The notes below the pieces were generated by a model, which saw nothing but the letters and a program-made list of their open reading frames with translations, made no database searches and was not told the origin of the DNA. A program made the position numbers and the translations under genes. A stretch of 64,000 bases of DNA from Azolla caroliniana (Eukaryota; Plantae; Polypodiophyta), in assembly GCA_043228905.1 (NCBI GenBank), contig JBHGNT010000022.1:3596001-3660000 (forward strand). The letters run 5' to 3'. Positions 52,876 to 64,000 of this stretch are shown one piece after another. The stretch's first letter is position 1; each line of letters opens with the position of its first letter.

Positions 52876-54752
52876 TTAGAGTTTATAAAAAAACTTTTAA
52901 TGTATTACTTCTGATCAACGATCTTTTAATCAATTCTATTTCTTAATATGATCCAATTTATATGTTTATATGGTGTTATATTATGTTTTAATTAATTTGT
53001 TGCTATGTTTATATCTTGTTGCACATATTTATTAAATTTATTGGACTATCATCTAAGTATATAGTTCAGATCAAAGAAAATGTATGTTCATCCTTCATAT
53101 TTACCCATCAATTGTGTTTGTAAAACTTATTTCCATGTTTGCTATTGCCAATCACTTTTTAAATTTATTATACTTATAGAAAAACTATGATAAATAACAT
53201 TTAGTGGGACTGAAGGAGGCATTTGTAGATATTGGGGAGTATTTGCTTTATTAGAGGGGATTGTACAACAATAATCATGTTTTTATGGTTGATGGTTGTC
53301 TGGACTGGATGTATGGAGGGCTATCAATGTGTGATCTATATAGATTATTAGTACTCCATTTGTATATTGTGTTTAACCTCTTGATTTAGTGTTTATGTGT
53401 AGACAATCAAATGAAAATTTCTGTTTGGTAAATAATTAATTTGTATAAAATGAATGTGCGGTAAAAACCAACCCTGAATTTGTAACCATTGCAAGAATAA
53501 ATCTAGTACATTTATATTTTCCCCAATAAATAGCATGTTCTCTAGGTATAGAGATGTATCAGATTAATAAATCAATAAATTCACCCTTTGTGGTTTATCA
53601 TGTGATACTGGTGCACGTCATATTTCACAACAGGCTAAAATTGTGTAACTATAAAGGGGATCTAAAAGTGGAATGCGCGATCCTTCCACTTCTGAACACG
53701 AACATGTTGATACCAAACACATACCTTGATATAATGAATAGAGTTTGGTGATGGCAGTTCAGCATCGGTCCGTATCCCCAAATGTTGCATCAAACTTTGC
53801 CTGAAAGGCAAGAAAATTTTGTAGAAGTGGTGATGAAGTTTCGACCAACGGTGCAAACTAGGCTCGTGCAACTCCGGACAGAAGGGTCCCAATGAGACCT
53901 ACTTGACGAAAATCATCTGCCTACAGTTGAGGCTATAGTTGGATAGTAAGGTTTATCTTATTTATGAAACCTCAGAAGTGCTTCCTCGTGCCGTCGAACT
54001 TGTCAGGTAAACTAATATTGGGCTCCATACTTGTAGTGGGATGGGAAGGAGTTGGAGAAAGCCTAGATGAGGAACCAGGCTCTATAGGTAAAACATTTGT
54101 TGATGTAGGAGGAGAGTTGGTTTTTTCTTCGAGTTCCGTCGGTGTTCCAACTTGAAGCTTCCATAACAATTCCCGAAGGTTGTCATTCTCAATTTGAAGT
54201 TGATGCATGGCTTCCATGAGGTGATTTATTATCTCAGTAAGATCCGACATGTTGAGGCTTAGAAAATGGGAAGGTGAACAAACTGTCACGAACGGGTGGA
54301 ATGAGGCCAAGTACTAAGAGAGAGTGAGAGGATAAGCAAGATCACAAGATTGTCAAGGACAAGTAGACGAGGCTCAATATTAAGAGATAGCGAGAGAGAG
54401 AGCATAGACAAGAGAACAAGCAAGAGAGAGGATAGACAAATAAACAAGAATTGTATATACTTTCGTAATAGTTACTGGTGTTCCTCACCTTGATTGTAAT
54501 CAAGGTGCACCCAAGTATTTATACAAGAATGTGGAGGTATGCATGAAAGGTAGAAGATTTCTAGAGAGTTCATGGAAATTCTTGAGAGTGCATGAAGATG
54601 CATTCTCTAGAAGGTTCTTGAAAGTTCTAACGATGAATCTATAATGAAATAAGTTGAGTTTTGCACACTACAATAATGGTAAGGTTGCCCAATAAGACCA
54701 GAAGATCATGGGTTCAACCCCCACCATTCCATGTAGCATCTTGCCTATGACA

Positions 54753-56076
54753 TTTACTGCTAAGTAGCTTACCTTTTGTTTATAATTTTTCTATTTGAAG
54801 TAAACCCAATCACGAAAGATCATTTTGATCTATAAGTGATAAATTTATTCTCAAGAAATATGCGCAATCATGAATGATCATTTTTCTTTTCCAAGTTATT
54901 ACTTTATTTCCAAGAATTATACACAATCATGAATGATCATTTTGGTTTCCTTTATTCAATTCGAAGTTATCATTTTGTATTCGATGGAAAATCAATCATG
55001 AATGATCATTTTATATGAGAAGTTATAAATTTAATCTCAATTTTAGCCAATCTTAAAGGATATGTCTTGATTACAAGTTACAATTTTATCCTAAAGTTAT
55101 ATAACTAATCGACAATAATCTCGCCTTAATATGCCGAAAAAAACAAGTATACCTAATCATGAATGAAGATTTTGGTTTCCTTTATTCAATTCGATGTTAT
55201 GACTTTGTATTCGGAGGAAACCCAATCATGAATGATCATTTTATATGAGAAGTTATAAATTTAATCTCAATTTTAGCCAATCTTGAAGGATATGTTTGGA
55301 TTACAAGTTACAATTTTATCCTAAAGCCGTATAACCAATCGACAATAATCTCGCATTCGTATAGTTTTCCAAATTACTACTTCATTCCCAAGCATTATAC
55401 GCAATCATGAATGATGATTTTGGTTTCCTTTATTCAATTCGAAGTTATCACTTTGTATTCAAGGGAAACCAAGTCATGACAAATCATTTTATATGACACG
55501 TTTTATATTTAATCTCAATTTTAGCCAACCTTGAATGATATGTCTAGATTATAGGTTATAATTTTATCCTAAAGGTGTATAACCAATCGACAATAATCTC
55601 GCCTTAATATTGGGCAACATACATTCTTTTGTTTTAGATTTTTCTATTTGTTGTCAACAAACTTTATGCCTATTCGAATTGTGAAGTCATTAGAGAGGTT
55701 GGGAAGTACTACCGAAGACCAGTTCACTGTGGCGAATGGAGTTTTTGAACATGCGACCTTTGCGTTATTAGCACGACACTCTAATCAACTGAGCTAATTG
55801 GCCATGTCTATTTTATATATTCCCAAGCCTACACATAGAATATTTCCTTTTCACATTTTGAAAGTATCCGAAAACGTTATATACTCGTGCAACATCAATG
55901 AATAAATAAATCTTTTCCAAACTTGTTATAGAGTTTTCCTGTTTGTGTTTCCTATTACTAATTATCATTTTATCCTCAACATGTAGATGTTGTCTCTAAT
56001 GATCGTTTTGTATTAGAAGTTATCATTTTATCCTAAAGAAGCATATCAAATCAAGAATGATCCATTTGGACTAAAC
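54753..56076 (-). repeat. tRNA-Ile macrosatellite block 6
   Basis: Unit motifs; degenerate tRNA copy at 55730-55803. Confidence 0.9.
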
Positions 56077-59000
56077 TGTAAAGAATCGATGGTGATTCTT
56101 GTGTAGCGGAAGAGATGTGTGTTATGTGTATGTTTGAGAGGAAAGAGGAGAGGAGAGAAACACAAGATGGATAAGAGACAAAATGAAGTAGTCAAGAAGA
56201 AGGAGATGTATATTAACAAAGAGAATATGATAAATGAAAATGTAGCATTACAAGGAGTGACAACCGACTTGATATGGAGTAGTTGGAGGGTGCTTTATAT
56301 AGAGTCACCCTCGCTCTTCATTTACTCACTAGAACGTTCACTCTCTCACTGGAGCCTTGAGGAATGTGAAGTCTTACGGTCATGGGGAATGTGGAACCAT
56401 TAGTTATGTGTCATAGAATATGAATCTATGACACATAGTTTAATGTGTAGAGAGTGGTGGTGTGACTCTTGACCTTTAACTAATCATAGATTCTCAAAAA
56501 GTGTGTTCACACGTTGCTCTATGTTGAGCTTGATTCTCAACACGCCCCCTCAAGCTCAACTCTGGTCGGCTCCTTTCGGCTGGTGTCCATTTTGGCTCGT
56601 ACCCGGTTTGGTCGCTATCCGATTCTCACTTGTACTCCCCCTCAAGCTTGGCAAGTCAGGGATCATCAATCCAAGTTCTAACATGAATTGCCGAAGCTTA
56701 TCGGATCCTAGGGCTTTCGTGAAGATGTCGGCCGTTTGAAGATTTGTGTTGATGTGTAGAAGGTAGACATCTCCGGCTTGAACACGCTATCGAATGAAGT
56801 GATAGTGCACTTCGATATGCTTTGTGCGTGCGTGGAACACCGGGTTCCAAGCTGAATAAATATTGCTCACGTTGTCGCAGTAAAGGGGAGTCGGATCCTT
56901 AATGGGAATGCCCAGATCCTTCAAAATCCTCTTATGCCATACAGCTTCACATGCAGCTACGACTGCGCCCCTGTATTCCGCCTCCGTACTCGGAAGAGCG
57001 ATGGGAGGCTGCTGCTTGCTACCCCACGAAATCTCTCCACTGCCGAGGGAGAAGACGAATCCGGAGGTTGATCGTCGATCAGCTTGTTAGCCAGCCCAAT
57101 CCGCGTCCGTGTATCCTTCAAGTCGTATTGGTGTGGCCGATTTGTAGAGAATGTCGTAATCCATTGTTCTGCTCACATATCGTAATACTCGCTTAGCGCA
57201 ATTGAAATGGATATCTCGCGGAGTTTGCATGAACTGGGTAAGGAGTCTGACCAGATAGCTAAGGTCGGGTCATGTGATCGTGAGATAGATGAGACTCCTG
57301 ATCCGTTGTCAATAATGAGTTGGATCACACTCATTCGTGCCGGAGTCGGCATCTAGTTTAAGGTTTCTATTGAGAGGTGTAGCGATCGATTTGCACTCCG
57401 TCATCCCGAACTTGTATAACAAGATGAGAATGTAGTGGCATTGAGAAATCATAATGTTGGCTGGAGTCCGAATTACCTCAATGCCTAGGAAGTAATGAAG
57501 CTCCTTCATGTCCGTCATCTCACATTTGTTGGAGAGGAAAGACTGCACCTTGTTGATGTCGACTAAATGCTCACCTCCAATAACGAGATCATCCACGTAG
57601 AGGATGATGACAATTAGTCTTCTAGAGTCTTGGTGTACGTAGAGGGAGTTGTCGGATTTCGACATTCGAAAGCCGATTTGATGAAGATATTGCGTAATCT
57701 TTGAATGCCAAGCACGCAGTGCTTGCTTGAGGCCGTAGAGAGGCTTCTTTAGTTGTACCATGTACACCTCCTCAGCTAATTCGCCTTGAAGAAAGGCGTT
57801 CTTGACGTCCATTTGATGGAGGTGCCACCCTTTCGCCGCTGCAAGTGCGATCACGATCCGGACCGTCGTCATCTTTGCCACTGGGTCAAAGGTCTCTTCA
57901 TAGTCGACTCCATGTGTTTGTGCATATCCTTTCGCTACGAGTCGAGCTTTGTAGCGGTTGACGGAGCCGTCGACATTATACTTCACCTTGTAGATCCATC
58001 TGCAACCAATTGCCTTCTTGTGCGATGAGTGGGGAACGAGATCCCATGTCTCGTTCTTGCGTAATGCACACATCTCCTCATTCATTGCTTCGATCCATCG
58101 CGGGTCCTTCGCGGCTTCGGAAAAGGTTTCCGGCTCCCGTACTGTTGCGACCTTCATCATAAAGGCGTAATGGTATGCCACATACTTACTCATTGTAGCC
58201 GAAGCGGCTTACGGGGTTGTTTTCATAAGTGGATCGGCGTAGCTTCTCGTTTGCGGATTTTAAAGCATTCTTCACTCCAGTTGTTCGGATCTTAAGGCCT
58301 TCAAACTCACTATCGAGGGAGTGAATCGATTTGTTGCCATCGAAATAAGCGTCTTCATAGTCCGGCATTTTAGCCTTCCCTTTGTCGAACTTCGCACTTG
58401 GTCGAGATATGCTTTCCTCGCTCAAAGGCTCTTGTGGTCCGCTCAGTCGGGTCGTGATCAAACTTTCTTCGAACATGCGCGTAAGGTGATCTTCATCCTC
58501 TATCTCTTGTTCGACGGATTCCGGGTCGAGTGGAATCGGAGTCAAAGTTGTCTCTGGTGTGTACCAACATGCGGACTCGTCAAAGTTGACTTACTCGAGA
58601 TTTTCGAGTTGAGGGGTTGTAGCACTTGTACCCCTTTTGCTCCAGTGAGTATCCTACGAGGATACATTTCTTCGACTTCAAGTCAAGCTTTTGACGCTTC
58701 TCGTCGGGGATGTGCATGTACGCAATGGAGCCGAATATCCGAACATGCGATAGGTCCAGCTTCTTTCCGAAGAACTTCTCGTGCGGAGTAAGTTCGTGCA
58801 CACTTGACGTCGTACACCGATTCATGAGATAGACGGCCGTGTTAGCTACTTTTGCCCAATACAATTTCGGCATGTGCTTTTCGTTAAGCATAGCCTGTGC
58901 CACTTTGAGGATGTGCCGATTCTTGCGTTTGGCCACTCTGTTTTGTTGTGGTGTATGTCGACACGAAAACTCTCACCGTATTCCTTCTTTTTGTAGAAAC

Positions 59001-61432
59001 GCCGAAAATTCGTCGGAGAAGTACTCCTTGCCTCAATCCGACCGAAGACATCGTATATGTCGGCCCGTGGCTTTCTCGACTTCATTCTTAAATTTTTGGA
59101 ACTGTCCGAACACTTCACTCTTTTGTCGCATCGGGTAGATCCAAGTGTGCCTAGAGAAGTCATCGATGAAGGTCATGTAGTATCGGCATCCACCAAATAT
59201 CGTCGTTTGAGCCAAACCCCATACATCGGAATGAATTACGTCGAGTACGCCTTTGCTCACGTTCTGCTCTTTCGGAAATGGGTGCCGATGTTGCTTGCCC
59301 AATTGGCAAGCGGCACACACACCTTCAATCTCTTTCTCCGTGAATGTCGGGAGCCCGATGACGACTCCTTTCGATTGCATTGCCTTGAGCTTTTGGCGGT
59401 TGATATGGCCAATCCGCTTGTGCTATAACTCTATGTCAGAATCGGCTTTCGTGCCTTTTGCGAACATGGCTGATTTCATCTCGTGCGAGTCGAGAATGAA
59501 CATTCGGCCCTCTCTTCATCCACGCGCGATGACTCGGCCCTCTTTTTGGATGAAGCAACCGCCTTGATTAAATCGAACTTGCATTCCTTGCTCTACAATT
59601 TGGCGGACAGAGACCAAATTCTTCGTAATGGTTGGTACATACAAGACATTTTTAATATAATTTTTGTTACCTTCTTTTCCGAATGGAACATTGCTGATGT
59701 GCCGAATCAGGTGCGTAGTGTCATCTCCGGTTTTGACATAGCGGGTCGGTCCGGCTCTCGAAGTTCTCGGAACCATTCTTGATGCGACGTCATATGGAAC
59801 CATTCTTCCGGACTGGAGGCACTAGTAGAAGTAGAGGCCGATATAGAATTCGCTCTATGTGTCATCACGAACATTCCGCCGCGATCGTCATAGTTGGAGT
59901 TGATGGCGTAGTTGGTGAGTTGTCGGCTAGTGGAAGCCGACTCGCGTATCTTCTTACGACATTCTTCTTCGTGGTGACCGATTTTTCCGCAATATCCGCT
60001 TTTGTCCGATCTTTGTCGGTTCGGACCGGTATGGAAGGTCCCCCTTCTTCCAAAGGTTCCTCGATGGCTTCTGTCTTGAGGCCGAAATTGCAAGTTGTTT
60101 TCGTAAGTCGGGCCTCGTCCGCCTCGTCCTTGGCCGAATCGGCCTCTTCTTGCACGGCCACGTCCTCTTCCTCTGTCCAAGTGCATGTAGAGCATTTGGC
60201 CTTCCGAGCCAGTACTTTTTGTTCGAACATGGTTTTCTTCGACCAACAACATGGATTGAAGATCGAAGAAGGAGGGCGGATTCTCCCGTGCTAGTACGGC
60301 GGTCTGCATCGCGCTGAATCGTGGTGCAAGGCCGCCAAGACATATTTGCACCATCTCATCATCCTCCACGTTTATGCTTATCCAGCCGAGCAAATCACAA
60401 AGCTCCTTGATCTTCAAGGTGTAGCTCATGACGCACATATCCCTTTGTTGGATATTATTCAACTCTTGGCGGAGTTGAAGCTTTCTCGCGGTAGTGTTGG
60501 CAGTGAAAATCTTTTGTAGATTCTCCCACGCTTCCTTCGGCGTCTTGGCTTCTCGAATGTACCTGAGCATGTGGGCGTGAACACATGTTGCCAAGCAATA
60601 CATCACTCGGCTTGCTGCTTGCTCCTACATTGCATAGTCGGCGTCTTCCGGGTTGGGCCAATTTTCTTGTGCTCCTTTGATGTAGCTCGAATAGGCTTGG
60701 CCAACAAGGTATTGGTGCATCTTGTACTCCCAAGATGCAATGTTGTTTCGGTCCAACTTCTCGCTAGGGAGAGCGCTCCCCATTTGAGTATTCATTATCG
60801 ATTAAGCTTCCTTTCTTCTTTTGCTTCCCTCTCGAACACGAGCTATGTAGTAGTAAGTACTACGATAGCGATGAGCTGGTTCTTCTTCAACGTTGGCGTA
60901 CAACACAACACACGATCACGATGAGGCGAGTCGTGTATATCGAGCTACCAAATCGCTCTGATACCATGTAAAGAATCGATGGTGATTTTTGTGTAGCGGA
61001 AAAGATGTGTGGCATGTGTATGTGTGAGAGGAAAGAGGACAGGAGAGAAACACAAGATGGATAAGAGACAAAATGAAGTACTCAAGAAGAAGGAGACGTA
61101 TATTAACAAGGAGAATATGATAAATGAAAATGTAGCATTACAAGGAGTCACAACCAACTTGATATGGAGTAAGAGGAGGGTGCTTTATATAGAGTCACCC
61201 TCTCTCTTCATTTACTCACTAGAACGTTCACTCTCTCACTAGAGCCTTGAGGAATGTGAAGTCTTACGGTCATGGGGAATGTGGAACCATTAGTTATGTG
61301 TCATAGAATATGAATCTATGACACATAGTTTAATGTGTAGAGAGTGGTGGTGTGACTCTAGACCTTTAACTAATCATAGATTCTCAAAAGGTGTGTTCAC
61401 ACATTGCTCTATGTTGAGCTTGATTCTCAACA
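56077..61432 (-). mobile_element. Full-length Ty1/copia LTR retrotransposon (5.36 kb), coding region decayed
   Basis: 466-bp LTRs (56077-56542 and 60967-61432, roughly 96% identical by eye), TSD TAAAC/AAAAC, PBS TGGTATCAGAGC (tRNA-iMet), PPT AGGGGGCG, domain order gag-PR-INT-RT-RH. Confidence 0.95.
56600..60783 (-). pseudogene. Copia gag-pol with stops and frameshifts
   Basis: IHSDVWG..FIDDFSR integrase, RYKARLVAKGY, QMDVKNAFL, LYVDDL RT, and KHIEVHYHF RNase H. Confidence 0.9.
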
Positions 61433-61972
61433 AAAACATTATGATTTTATATGCAGGATATATACCCAATCGTTAATGTTCATGACATAAATGGCTAACT
61501 AACTTACCGTTTGTTTTTAATTTTTTTAATTGAGGTAAACCCAATCATGAAGGATAATTTTGATCTATAGGTGATCAATCTATTTCCAAGAAATATGCCC
61601 AATCAGGAATGATCAATTTACTTTTCGAATTTATTAATTTATTCTAAACAAGTATAACCAATCATGAATGATCATTTGGTTTCCTTTATTCAATTCGAGG
61701 TTATCACTTCGTATTAGAACGAAACCAAATCATGCAAGATCATTTTATATGAGAAGTTATATATTTTAACTCAATTTTAGCCAATCTTGAAGCATATATC
61801 TCAATTTTATCGTAAAGTGTATAACCAATCAACAATAATCTTGCCTTAATATGCGGCAACATACATACTTTTGTTTTAATTTTTTTTAGTCTTTGTCAAA
61901 CAAACTTAATGGCTATTGGAATGGTGAAGTTGTTAGAGAGCTTGGGAAATACTAAGGAAGACAAGTTCATTG

Positions 61973-62046
61973 TGGCCAATGGAGGTTTCGAACCTGCGGC
62001 CTTCCCATTATTAGCACGACGCTCTAACCAACTGAGCTAATTGGCC
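61973..62046 (-). pseudogene. tRNA-Ile(AAT) copy with intact A/B boxes and anticodon-stem mismatch
   Basis: Perfect acceptor, GGTTCGAAACC B-box; anticodon 3' strand TGGGA. Confidence 0.7.
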
Positions 62047-62767
62047 ATACACATAAAATGTTCCTTTTCACATTTTGAAAGTATCCAAAAACGTTATATA
62101 CTCGTGCGACAAGAATGAATAAATAAATCCTTTCGAAACTTGTTATAGAGGTTTCTTGTTTGTGTTGCCTTTTCCTAATTATCATTTTATCCCCAACGTG
62201 TAGATGTAGTCTATAATGATCGTTTTATATTACAAGTTATGAATTTATCCTCAACAAGCATACCCAATCAATAATGATCGATTTGGACTAAAAGGTATGA
62301 TTTTATACTCTGGATATAGACCCAATGGTGAATGTTCACGACTTAATATGACTAAGTAGCTGAGCTTTTGTTTTTAATTTTTCTATTTGAAGTAAAGCCA
62401 ATAACGAAGGATGATTTTATCTATAAGTGATCAATCAATATACTCGTGTTTTTAATTTTTCTATTTGAAGTAAAGTCAATAACGAAGGATCATTTTGATC
62501 TATAAGTGATCAATCTATTCTCAAAAAATATGCCCAATCATGAATGATGATTTCCCTTTTTGAAGTTATTAATTTAATCTGAACAAGTATACCCAAATCA
62601 TGAATGATCATTATTGTTTCCTTTATTCAATTTGAACTTATCACTTTGTACGCAACATACATACTTTTGTTTTAAATTTTTTTAGTATTTATCAACAAAC
62701 TTGATGGCTACTGGAATGGTGAAGTTGTTAGAGAGCTTGGGAAATACTAATGAAGAATAGTTCATTG

Positions 62768-62841
62768 TGGCCAATGGAGGTTTCGAACCTACGACCTTCA
62801 CGTTATTAGCACGACGCTCTAACCAACTGAGCTAATTCACC
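62768..62841 (-). pseudogene. tRNA-Ile(AAT) copy with acceptor-stem mismatch
   Basis: 5' strand GGTGAAT versus 3' strand ATTGGCC; A and B boxes intact. Confidence 0.7.
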
Positions 62842-63163
62842 ATGTCTATTTTATATATTGCCAAGCATACACATAAAATGTTTCCTTTTCATATTTTGAA
62901 ACTACACGAAAACGTTATATACTCGTGCGACATGAATGAATAAATAAATCTTTACCAAACTTGTTGTAGAGGCTTCCTGTTTGTGTCGCCTTTTCCTAAT
63001 TATGATTTTATCCTCAACGTGTAGATGTAATCTCTAATGATCGTTTTGTATTAGAAGTTATCATTTTATCGTAACGAAGAATACGCAATCAAGAATGATC
63101 GATTTGGACTAAAAGTTTTGACTTTATACTCTGGATATAGACCCAATCGTGAATGTTCACGAC

Positions 63164-63790
63164 TGTCCCACAACCAATCACATGACTCCACTCTGACATA
63201 GTGTCCTGGTGGTCCCACCTAGAACAACTCCAGCCCCTCCTCCGCAAAGCCATCACGAGCAACCTCCACCAAGCACAGCTACGCCAAAAACGACAACACG
63301 ATGCAGGCCGCGCCGACCATCAATACCATGTCGGCGACAAAGTCCTCATCTATTTCCCCATCCGTCGTCACGGCCGATGAATCGGTCCCTTCGAAGTTCA
63401 AAACCAGATACGCAACACTACATATCTGCTCCGTCGCACCTCCAACAACCGCTCTACCTTCGCCCACCAGTCTCGCATGAAGCCCTTCCATCAGCTACCA
63501 TTGCCCCCGTCCACACTCATGCCCACGCCCCCGCCCGTGTCATCCCCCCACCTAGAACCGTCGTCCACGCCCCGTGGCGATCCGACTGCACAATAAATTT
63601 ATTTTACAAGGGGGAACTGTGGCGGTCACATGGACAACACCCAAATTAGGCCACCTAAATTAGGCCCCTACAAGGCCCCCATAATTAGAAGAGCTAATTG
63701 AAGCGGGAGAACATCCTCCACGCGATGAGTAGTCTATAAAATGTAACTTGGAACGTAATGGAAAGTGAGCTATTCTTGAGAGCATTTCAG
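63164..63790 (+). mobile_element. Probable truncated LTR fragment inserted in satellite
   Basis: Starts with TGT at the satellite break, GC-rich, CTATAAAATG at about 63735; no matching 3' end or TSD found. Confidence 0.35.
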
Positions 63791-64000
63791 AATATACTCG
63801 TGTGCCATGAATGAATAAATAAATCTTTTCCAAAGTTGTTGTAGAGGTTTCCTGTTAGTGTTGCCTATTCGTAATTATCATTTTATCTTCGATGTGTAGA
63901 TGTATTCCCTGATGATTGTCTTTTATTAGAAGTTATCATTTTATCGTGAAGAAGCATACCCAATCAAGAATGATCGATTTGGACTAAAAGTTATGATTTT

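Larger units (their letters stand above)
40774..53708. mobile_element. 12.9-kb TIR DNA transposon, Sola1-like
   Basis: 35-bp TIRs AACACGGTCGCGTTCAGAAGTGGAAGGATCGCGCA (40774-40808 and 53674-53708, 32/35 identical), 4-bp TSD GATA (40770-40773 and 53709-53712), DDD transposase. Boundaries are firm; the superfamily call rests on motif recall. Confidence 0.85.
39608..54752 (-). mobile_element. Tcn1-like gypsy (5' LTR 54284-54752, gag, protease, RT start) split by the DNA transposon
   Basis: Gag N-half at 53709-54250 (LPDKFDGTRKHF) and C-half at 40301-40773 (CLYCGASTHLIHFC) rejoin in frame (LYQGMCLVSVYASKFR) when 40774-53708 and one GATA are removed; protease LLDSRA; 469-bp LTR TGTCA..TGACA. Confidence 0.88.
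61433..64000 (-). repeat. tRNA-Ile macrosatellite block 7 (interrupted at about 63164-63790)
   Basis: tRNA copies at 61973-62046 and 62768-62841. Confidence 0.9.

Noticed and set aside
63209-63649. Pro-rich 146-aa ORF as a host gene
   Set aside because: Lies in a short GC-rich insertion in satellite, starts with GTG and has no recognisable domain.

Overview
Eukaryotic heterochromatic repeat window with no intact host protein-coding gene. It is very likely plant, probably a moss; this is inferred from the plant-type tRNA-Ile, a self-priming chromovirus and the LTR lineages. The backbone is an AT-rich macrosatellite of about 0.75-1.1 kb units, each carrying one tRNA-Ile(AAT) gene or pseudogene on the minus strand (about 15 near-full and 4 partial copies). 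Nested in it are Ty1/copia elements (one full length, 56077-61432), several Ty3/gypsy elements (a near-intact chromovirus at 21108-26767, a gag-only element at 12940-16008, an Athila/Tat-like fragment with an extra ORF) and solo LTRs. The standout is a 12.9-kb TIR DNA transposon (40774-53708; 35-bp TIRs, 4-bp GATA TSD). It encodes a Sola1-like DDD transposase and, divergently, an intron-containing ParB/Srx-like plus beta-class N6A/N4C DNA methyltransferase gene, with an array of about 22 palindromic 23-bp sites between them. A second unexplained pattern is that four different LTR families each carry an antisense tRNA-like A-box/B-box module at the U3 end. All coordinates were read by eye and no database searches were run.
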